Assembly: GCA_036336835.1 (NCBI GenBank)
Contig: JAYZFK010000003.1
Span: forward strand, 1 to 32,943
Source: Myxococcota bacterium
GTDB lineage: Bacteria; Myxococcota_A; UBA9160; UBA4427
Reading direction: 5' to 3'
Length of the DNA: 32,943 nucleotides
The notes under the pieces are model-generated. The model saw only the letters and a program-made list of their open reading frames with translations. It did no database searches and was not told the DNA's origin. The position numbers and the translations under genes were made by a program. Shown here in pieces: positions 26,228 to 32,943 of this stretch. The first letter of the stretch is position 1; every line of letters starts with the position of its first letter.

Positions 26228-27061
26228 CTAGTGCGATTCGAGACGGCGCAGGTCGAACATGTGGCGTTTGATATCGACGTTGGGCTCGATCTTCTGGACG
26301 CGGAGCTTGGTCCAGGTGCGGCCGCGCAGGTTGTTCATCCGGCTTCGCATTGGCACCCAGATCCGGTCGCGGAGCTCGAGGTCGGTCGAGACCAGCTCCT
26401 TCACCTCGACACCGGCTTCGTCCCAGTAGCGCACGCGCACCGGCACCCAGCGCTCGGGGTCGATGTAGCTCTGGAATTTCGAGTACTCGGAGTTTGCGAA
26501 GGGCTTCGGGACCGCGGTTACGACGTAGACCGTCTGGCCGTCGAGCATCGCATCCTCATCCCGCGCGTAGTCCGCGTCCTCGATCTCGCGCGGGACGAGG
26601 TCCTCGAAGCTGAAGTCGGTGCCGAAGACGGCTTCCTTGCGCAGGTTGACGCGCTGGATGCGTCGCTGGCTGCCGCGGTAGACGAACTGGTCGTTGGGGC
26701 GGTTCTGGTTCTGGATCACCAGGTACCCGGTGTGTCGCAAGTCGAAGGGGTGTGTGTAGCGGACAGCTGTCTTGGACGCGATGACGCCGTCGAGCGGCTC
26801 GCCGTCTCGGCCGCGAAACGTCTGGTACCACATGTCGAGGCGCATGTGTTGCTCGTTTCCGGCGCGGTCGCCCGAGATCAGATCGCTGCGTTGCACGAAC
26901 GAGTCGTAGCGATTCGCGGTCACGCGCTCGTAGATGGCGCGGCCGTCGAGCGGCTCCGTGCTCGCTGCTGCGGCCGGCTGCGCGGACGCAGGGGAGGCGA
27001 CCTGGAGTAGCAGGAACGGCAGCGCGCGCAGCAGGGATATTGGGTTTGCTCGCGCGGTCAT
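26228..27061 (-). CDS. Outer-membrane lipoprotein-sorting (LolA-like) protein
   Basis: Signal peptide ending ASA; PFDLRHTGYL, DQFVY...RRIQRV, VFGTDFSFEDL, YSK and FDLRRLE. ATG 27061 overlaps the rpe TGA (ATGA). Confidence 0.85.
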   Translation of the reverse strand: MTARANPISLLRALPFLLLQVASPASAQPAAAASTEPLDGRAIYERVTANRYDSFVQRSDLISGDRAGNEQHMRLDMWYQTFRGRDGEPLDGVIASKTAVRYTHPFDLRHTGYLVIQNQNRPNDQFVYRGSQRRIQRVNLRKEAVFGTDFSFEDLVPREIEDADYARDEDAMLDGQTVYVVTAVPKPFANSEYSKFQSYIDPERWVPVRVRYWDEAGVEVKELVSTDLELRDRIWVPMRSRMNNLRGRTWTKLRVQKIEPNVDIKRHMFDLRRLESH

Positions 27062-27750
27062 CTCTCGGCGTTCTCGCGAATGGTGGCGATCCGTCCCGAG
27101 TAGTCGGGTGCGCCGCCGTCGTCGGTCTTTGCGAACACGGCGTTGCCGGCAACGAAGATGTTGGCGCCGGCGTTGCGCGCCAGCCCGACGTTGTGCGAGC
27201 CGATGCCGCCGTCGACCTCGATGTCGACCGGCAGCCCGCGCTCCACCACCCAGTCGCGAATCTGGCGGACGGTAGGGAGCGCGCTCTCGATGAACTTCTG
27301 GCCGCCGAAGCCCGGGTTCACCGTCATCACCAGCACCTGATCGACGTGGTCGAGCACGGCCTCGATCGACCGGGCCGGTGTCGCCGGGTTGAGCACGACG
27401 CAGGCGCGTGCGCCGAGCTCGCGGATCTGCGTCAGATTGCGATGCAAGTGAGGGCACGCCTCGACGTGCACGCCGACGGTGCTCGCTCCGGCCTTGACGA
27501 AGTCGGGCACGTAGCGCTCGGGCGTTTCGATCATCAGGTGGACGTCGAGGGGCAGCGACGTGTAGCGCTTCACCGCCTTCACGATGTCGGGCCCGAGCGT
27601 AATGTTCGGGACGAAGTGTCCGTCCATCACGTCGATGTGGATCCAGTCGGCCCCCGCCTGCTCGGCCGCTGCAACCTCCTCGCCCAGCCGGGCGAAGTCG
27701 GCGGCCAGGATCGAGGGCGCAATGATGACGGGGCGATCGACCTGGGACAT
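27058..27750 (-). CDS. rpe: Ribulose-phosphate 3-epimerase
   Basis: IAPSILAADF, HIDVMDGHFVPN, DVHLM, MTVNPGFGGQKF and EVDGG. Confidence 0.98.
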   Translation of the reverse strand: MSQVDRPVIIAPSILAADFARLGEEVAAAEQAGADWIHIDVMDGHFVPNITLGPDIVKAVKRYTSLPLDVHLMIETPERYVPDFVKAGASTVGVHVEACPHLHRNLTQIRELGARACVVLNPATPARSIEAVLDHVDQVLVMTVNPGFGGQKFIESALPTVRQIRDWVVERGLPVDIEVDGGIGSHNVGLARNAGANIFVAGNAVFAKTDDGGAPDYSGRIATIRENAER

Positions 27751-27762
27751 GTTTCCGCTCTC

Positions 27763-29247
27763 CTACGCGACGCGCTCGAGGCGCACGGCAAAGAACCCGT
27801 CGGTTCCGTGGACGTGAGGAAAACACTCGAGGGCTCCGTCGCGTCCCAGCACCGGTGCGAGCCCCGCAGGCAGTGCCTCGCGCGGTGTGCGCCGGAACTC
27901 GCGATGGTCGGCGAGGAAGGCCTCGATGATCCCCTCGTTCTCGTCTGCCAGCAGGGTACACGTGCTGTAGACGAGCGTCCCGCCCGGAGCTACGACGCGG
28001 CTCGCCTGGTCGAGGAGCGACGCCTGCAGCTTGGCGAGGGATTCGACGTCGCGTTCGCGGATGCGCCAGCGGGCGTCGGGATTGCGGCGCAGCGCGCCCA
28101 GCCCCGAGCAGGGCGCGTCGACGAGCGTCCGGTCGAAGCCCGCCCTCCCGTCGGGCACCAGGTCGGCCAGCGGGCTCGTCGCGTCGCGCTGGTGGATTTC
28201 GAGCGTCTCGAGGCCGAGCCGCCGCGCGTCTCGCGCCACCAGTCGCAGCCGCCCCGCGTGCCTGTCGCAGGCGACCACGCGGCCGGTGTCCCCGATGCGC
28301 TCCGCGATCGCAGTCGACTTGGTGCCCGGTGCGGCGCAGGTGTCGAGCACGTGATCGCCTGGCTGCGGGTCGAGCAGCTCGACGACGAGCTGCGCCGCCT
28401 CGTCCTGCACGGTGTAGTCGCCCGCGAGGAACGACGCATCGCGGCCGGGGCTCGCGCCGCGCCCGAGCGCGATTGCGTCCGGTGCCAACCCGGCGCGGAC
28501 CGCCTCCGGGAACTCGGGCCGCAGCTGCTCGAGCAGCGCGTCGGCCGAATGACGCAGCCGGTTGGCGCGGATGGTGCGCGGCGCCGGCTGGTTGGAGGCG
28601 CGCGCGAGCGCCGCCGCGGCGTCCGGTCCGAAGCGATCGAGCCAGCGACGGGCGATCCAGGGCGGCAGCGACAGCGCGTGGATCAGGTGCTCGAGCGGCT
28701 TGCGCTCGAGCGGCGGCAGCCCGATGTCGAGGTGTTCGCGGCCCAGCCGGCGCAGCACAGCGTTGACCAGGCCACAGGCCCGCTCGGCGGCGAGCGCCCG
28801 AGCGCAACGCACGGACTCATCGACGGCCGCGCTCAGTGGAATCCGGTCCGAGAACAGGATCTGATAGGCGCCCGCGCGCAGGATGCTGGCGACCATCGGC
28901 TCGAGCTTGGCGAGATCGCGGTCGAGCACCTGGCTGAGCATGAAGTCGATGCGGCCGCGCCAGCGCAGCGTCCCATAGACGATCTCGGTCGCGAGCGCGC
29001 GGTCCGCACCCGACAGCTCGGTACTGGCGAGTGTGTGGTGCAGCGCGAGGTCGGCGAAGGCGCGGACCCGCTCGACGCGCTCGAGCACCCGCACCGCCAG
29101 CAGGCGTGCGAGGGTCGGTCCACCGCGGCGCCGACTGCCCGCAGCGCCGCCCGTGCGCGGCCTTCCGCGATGCGGGCGCGATCCGACTCCGCGGGTCCTT
29201 GCAGGGGGTTGCGTCCTCAAACGGCACCGCCGGGATCGAGCGGGCAC
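27763..29247 (-). CDS. rsmB: 16S rRNA m5C967 methyltransferase RsmB (Sun)
   Basis: NusB-like domain (DRALATEIVYGTLRW, VNAVLR); VQDEAAQ, DTCAAPGTK, DAPCSGLG, YSTCT and DGFF. Start is GTG 29247 or TTG 29220. Confidence 0.95.
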   Translation of the reverse strand: MPARSRRCRLRTQPPARTRGVGSRPHRGRPRTGGAAGSRRRGGPTLARLLAVRVLERVERVRAFADLALHHTLASTELSGADRALATEIVYGTLRWRGRIDFMLSQVLDRDLAKLEPMVASILRAGAYQILFSDRIPLSAAVDESVRCARALAAERACGLVNAVLRRLGREHLDIGLPPLERKPLEHLIHALSLPPWIARRWLDRFGPDAAAALARASNQPAPRTIRANRLRHSADALLEQLRPEFPEAVRAGLAPDAIALGRGASPGRDASFLAGDYTVQDEAAQLVVELLDPQPGDHVLDTCAAPGTKSTAIAERIGDTGRVVACDRHAGRLRLVARDARRLGLETLEIHQRDATSPLADLVPDGRAGFDRTLVDAPCSGLGALRRNPDARWRIRERDVESLAKLQASLLDQASRVVAPGGTLVYSTCTLLADENEGIIEAFLADHREFRRTPREALPAGLAPVLGRDGALECFPHVHGTDGFFAVRLERVA

Positions 29248-29334
29248 CCGATGCGCGGGAGAACGTCTCCCGCCGGCGGGGGCCGGGTGGCTGCGGGAAT
29301 GGGGGGGCGCGGGGCGGTTCCCGTCGACAGGAGC

Positions 29335-30300
29335 TTAGCCGAGCCGGGTTCCGTCTTCGATCGGGCGTCCGCGCAGGAAGTCGGCAGTGGCGAGCGGCTT
29401 GCCTCCGGCGCGCTGCAGACGCAGCGGGATCAGCCAGCCCTCACCCGTTGCGATGCGCAGTGGGGTCTCGTGCTCGTGCGCGCGGAGCGACACCGTCGCG
29501 GGCTCCCGGTCGGTGGGGGCGGCGTCGACCCGGGCGGCGAGCACGCGCAGCACCTCGCCCGCCAGCGCCGTCGACGCGCCGGGCTTCGGAGCGAACGCCC
29601 GGACGCGTCGTGCGAGCAGGGCGGCCGGCTGGCTCCAATCGAGCACGGCCTCATCGCGCGCGAGCCTGGGGGCTTCGGTCGCCTTCGCGTGGTCCTGCGC
29701 GGTCCAGCGCAGGGTGCCCGCCACCACCTGCTCGAGGGCCTCGGCGATGCTGTCGGCGGCGAGGACGGCGATTCGCTCCTCGAGCTCTCCCGTGGTCTCG
29801 TCGGGCCCGATTGCGAGCTCGCGCACCAGCGCAACGGCCCCCGCGTCCATCTCGCGCTCGAGGCGCATGACCGAGATACCGGTCCGGGTCTCGCCCTCGA
29901 GCACCGCGCGCGCGATCGGCGCTGCCCCGCGGAGCCTGGGCAGCAGGCTGGCGTGCGCGTTCAGCAGATAGCCGCAGCTCGGCAGCTCGCGCAGCGTGCG
30001 CGGAATGAACTGGCCGTAGGCGACCACGACGCCGACGTCGGGGGCCAGCCGGCGCAGCGTCTCGAGCGTTCTGGCATCGGCCACCTTCTCGGGGCGCAGC
30101 AGCGGGAGCTCGCGAGCGAGCGCGCAGGCGGACACCGGGGACGCGAGTGTCTTGCGCCCGCGCCCGCGCCTGCGGTCGGGCTGGCTGACCACGCACACCA
30201 CCTCGTGCGGTCCGGTGCACAGCTGCTCGAGGGTTGGCACCGCGAGCGCGGGTGTTCCGAAGAAGGCAATGCGCAGCGCGGCGATCTCGGACGCGCTCAG
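29335..30300 (-). CDS. fmt: Methionyl-tRNA formyltransferase (probable non-canonical CTG start)
   Basis: RIAFFGTP, SQPDRRRGRG, VVAYGQ, NAHASLLPRLRGAAPI and MDAG. CTG 30300 overlaps the def stop (CTGA). Confidence 0.95.
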   Translation of the reverse strand: MSASEIAALRIAFFGTPALAVPTLEQLCTGPHEVVCVVSQPDRRRGRGRKTLASPVSACALARELPLLRPEKVADARTLETLRRLAPDVGVVVAYGQFIPRTLRELPSCGYLLNAHASLLPRLRGAAPIARAVLEGETRTGISVMRLEREMDAGAVALVRELAIGPDETTGELEERIAVLAADSIAEALEQVVAGTLRWTAQDHAKATEAPRLARDEAVLDWSQPAALLARRVRAFAPKPGASTALAGEVLRVLAARVDAAPTDREPATVSLRAHEHETPLRIATGEGWLIPLRLQRAGGKPLATADFLRGRPIEDGTRLG

Positions 30301-30848
30301 AGCGTGTTCCCGCTTCGCGAGGGGCCGGCGTCTTCTTCTTCGTAGCGCAGCTGCTTCTTGCGCTTCTTCGCGTACATCGTTCGCTTCAGGCGGCTGATGC
30401 GATCGATGAACAGCACGCCGTCCAGGTGATCGACCTCGTGCTGGAAGCAGACGGCGCGCAGATCCGTCGCGCGTTCCTCGATGGAACGGCCGTCGAGGCC
30501 ATGACCGCGTAGCGTGATGCTGGCGGCACGCTCGACCTGCGCTTGATAGTCGGGGACCGACAGGCAGCGCTCGTCCCAGGTGATCGTGCCCTCGGGAGCC
30601 GACAGCTCTGGGTTCACGACCACGAGCGGGTTCCGCTCCCGCTCGTCCTCTGTCCACTCGGTGTCGATGACGATCAGGCGCACGGCTTCGCCGACCTGCG
30701 GCGCGGCCAAGCCAATGCCGGGTTCGTCGTACATCACCTCGCACATGTCGCTCGCGAGCGAGCGCAGCGCCTCGGTCACCTCGGTGATCGGCTCGGACTT
30801 TCGCTTGAGGCGCGGATCGGGGAACTGCAGGACTTCGCGCAAGGCCAT
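30297..30848 (-). CDS. def: Peptide deformylase
   Basis: GIGLAAPQVG, E(R)CLSVP and QHEVDHLDG; lies between priA and fmt. Confidence 0.96.
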   Translation of the reverse strand: MALREVLQFPDPRLKRKSEPITEVTEALRSLASDMCEVMYDEPGIGLAAPQVGEAVRLIVIDTEWTEDERERNPLVVVNPELSAPEGTITWDERCLSVPDYQAQVERAASITLRGHGLDGRSIEERATDLRAVCFQHEVDHLDGVLFIDRISRLKRTMYAKKRKKQLRYEEEDAGPSRSGNTL

Positions 30849-30906
30849 GACGTTATTCCGGACCGCAGCAGAAAGGGGGGAGGGGGGGATGGAGCGAGCG
30901 GCGGAT

Positions 30907-32943
30907 CTATAGCATGTGCATCGGATCGACGTCGAGCACCGCCTGGACGCCACGCGGTGAGCGGGCACATGCATCGCGTACGACGCGCGCCACCGCGTGC
31001 AGTGTGTCTCGCTGTGACCCCTTGAGCAGCAGATGGAAGCGGTAGCGGCCGCGCAAGCGCGACAGGGGTGCCGGCGCGGGACCGAGGATCTCGACCGCCC
31101 CGGCTTCGTGCTCGCGCCGGGCCTCGTCCGCCCGCTGCGCCAGCGTCTGCGCGAAGTCCCGCGCGGCAGCCTCGTGCTCGCCCGACACGACGACCTGAGC
31201 GAGCAGACCGCAGGGCGGATAGCCGAGCGCTCGGCGGTGCTCGAGCTCTTCGCGGTAGAAGCGCTCGTAGTCGTGCTCGACGACCGGCTCGATTGCGTAG
31301 TGATCGGGCGTGAAGGTCTGCAGCACGACTCGGCCGGGAGAGTCGTCGCGCCCCGCACGCCCGGCGACCTGCGTCAGCAGCTGGAAGGTCCGCTCGGCCG
31401 CGCGGAAGTCGGGCATGTGCAGGCCGAGGTCCGCCGAGATGATGCCGACCAGTCTGACGCCCGGGAAGTCGTGCCCCTTGGCGACGATCTGGGTGCCGAG
31501 CAGGATGTCGAGCTGCCGGGCGCGCAGCGCGCGAAGCACCGATTCCGTGTAGCCGCGTCGCGAAGCCGTGTCGCGGTCCAGCCGGGCGATGCGGGCGTCG
31601 GGCAGCCGCGAGCGCAGCTCCTCCTCGAGTCGCTCGGTGCCTACGCCGAGCAGGGCCGCGCCCGGCACGCCGCAGCCGCCACACACCTCGGGCGGGGGCT
31701 TTGCGAAGTCGCAATAGTGACAGCGCAGCGAGCTTTCGGTCGCGTGATAGACGAGCGCCACCTCGCAGTTCTTGCAGCGCTCGGCGAAGCCGCAGTCGAA
31801 GCAGTAGATCTGGGTCGAGAAGCCGCGCCGATTGAGGAACAGGATCGCCTGCGCGCCCTCCGACAGCGTGTGCTCGAGCGCGCGCAGCAGCGGGCGGGTG
31901 AGGATCAGCTTGCGCCCGCGCGGGTTGCGCTCGCGCTCGCGCTGGAGGTCGACGATCTCGACGCTCGGCAGCGGTCGACTGGCGATCCTGCGGGCCAGCA
32001 CGAGTCGTTCGAGCTCGCCGCACTCGGCGGCGTGACGGGTCTCGAGCGCGGGCGTTGCGCTGCCCAGTATGAGCGGGCAGCCGGCTCGCTCGGCGCGCAG
32101 CCGCGCCAGGCTGCGGGCGTGGTAGCGGAAGCCCTCGTCGTTCTTGTAGGCCGTGTCGTGCTCTTCGTCGACCACGATTACGCCGAGGTCGTCCAGCGGG
32201 GCGAACAGCGCACTGCGCGCACCGACCGCGATCGGCACCTCGCGGCACGCGAGTCGCCACCACTGCTCGAGCCGCTCGCCGGGCTTGAGGCCGCTGTGCA
32301 GGACGGCGACGCGGTCGCCAAAACGCGCGCGCAGCCGAGCCACGATCTGATGGGTGAGCGTGATCTCGGGCACCAGGACGAGCGCCTGGCGACCGGCGTC
32401 GAGTGCCTCCGCGATCGCGCGCAGGTAGATCTCGGTCTTGCCGCTGCCGGTCACGCCGTGTAGCAAGCAGGCGAACGGGCGGCGCTCGCGTACCGCCGCC
32501 GCGATCGGCGCGATGGCTGCGCGCTGCTCCGAGGTGAGCTCCGGCGGTCCTTCCGGCTCTTCGATTGCCTCGCCGAGTATGTCGCTCCGGAGCGCGCGCA
32601 CCTCGAAGCGCACGAAGCCGCGCGTCTCGAGCGCGCGCAACGCATTCGAGGCTCCGAGCACGGCGGTGGCAATCGGGCCCTCGGCGGCAATCCGGCGCAG
32701 CAGCTCGGCCTGCCTCGGCGCGCGCGCCAGGGCCTCGCCGCAGATCGTCTCGATGTCCTCGTCGGTCGCGAGTGCCACCACGCGCTCCTGCGGCAAGCGC
32801 GCCGCGGGTGCGCGCTCGGCAAGCGCGGCGCGCGCGAGCCCGTCGCGCTCGATGGCGCGCAGGGCTTCGCGCACCTCGCTGCTGCGCGGCAGGCGACGCG
32901 CGAGTGCAACAGGGGACAGCGGCCGCTTGGCGAGTTCCTGCAG
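30907..32943 (-). CDS. priA: Primosomal protein N' (replication restart helicase), 5'-truncated by the window edge
   Basis: GVTGSGKTE, LVPEI, DEEHD, SATP, LNRRGF, four CxxC pairs, KGHDFP, QVAGRAGR and DVDP. The frame is open to 32943. Confidence 0.97.
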   Translation of the reverse strand: MQELAKRPLSPVALARRLPRSSEVREALRAIERDGLARAALAERAPAARLPQERVVALATDEDIETICGEALARAPRQAELLRRIAAEGPIATAVLGASNALRALETRGFVRFEVRALRSDILGEAIEEPEGPPELTSEQRAAIAPIAAAVRERRPFACLLHGVTGSGKTEIYLRAIAEALDAGRQALVLVPEITLTHQIVARLRARFGDRVAVLHSGLKPGERLEQWWRLACREVPIAVGARSALFAPLDDLGVIVVDEEHDTAYKNDEGFRYHARSLARLRAERAGCPLILGSATPALETRHAAECGELERLVLARRIASRPLPSVEIVDLQRERERNPRGRKLILTRPLLRALEHTLSEGAQAILFLNRRGFSTQIYCFDCGFAERCKNCEVALVYHATESSLRCHYCDFAKPPPEVCGGCGVPGAALLGVGTERLEEELRSRLPDARIARLDRDTASRRGYTESVLRALRARQLDILLGTQIVAKGHDFPGVRLVGIISADLGLHMPDFRAAERTFQLLTQVAGRAGRDDSPGRVVLQTFTPDHYAIEPVVEHDYERFYREELEHRRALGYPPCGLLAQVVVSGEHEAAARDFAQTLAQRADEARREHEAGAVEILGPAPAPLSRLRGRYRFHLLLKGSQRDTLHAVARVVRDACARSPRGVQAVLDVDPMHML

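Noticed and set aside
27040..30345. 1101-aa plus-strand ORF
   Set aside because: Antisense shadow of rpe/rsmB/fmt with no recognisable motifs; long stop-free antisense frames are expected at this GC content.
30874..30895. G-run tracts between priA and def (also near 29300 and 7019)
   Set aside because: Intergenic homopolymers without four regular G-tracts or any frame effect; no support for phase variation or a quadruplex role.

Overview
Very GC-rich bacterial DNA. The gene content and the priA-def-fmt-rsmB-rpe order suggest a deltaproteobacterial/Myxococcota-type organism (inference only). The right part (~23.5-32.9 kb) is core-like: a minus-strand priA (partial)-def-fmt-rsmB-rpe-LolA-like run, a convergent MMPL/RND transporter and tRNA-Pro(CGG). 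The left part (1-23.4 kb) is accessory-looking and mostly minus-strand: BtuF-like binding lipoprotein, VOC protein, sulfotransferase coupled to a BCCT transporter, hybrid histidine kinase, EthD plus Rieske oxygenase, AraC/GyrI regulator plus lipoprotein hydrolase, APH/EcKinase-like kinase, PhyH dioxygenase, spinster-type MFS, Hsp20 and a DUF3604 lipoprotein. The most unusual part is 11-17 kb, where three exported proteins carry VP-transmembrane(-basic) signals resembling exosortase (IPTL-CTERM-like) sorting signals. A vanadium haloperoxidase and an amidohydrolase have the signal at the C-terminus. A DUF1566 lectin-fold protein has it internally, after a ~17-aa Trp-periodic peptide and before a second signal peptide. 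Also seen: a decayed TonB-dependent receptor C-terminus, a shared ACA-N7-WGTTAA motif in three AT-rich promoter patches, an fmt gene with no nearby canonical start codon, and an 18-bp tandem duplication of a stop/start junction. No integrase, transposase, reverse transcriptase, exosortase or CRISPR array was recognised. All family calls come from motif recognition by eye, not database searches.
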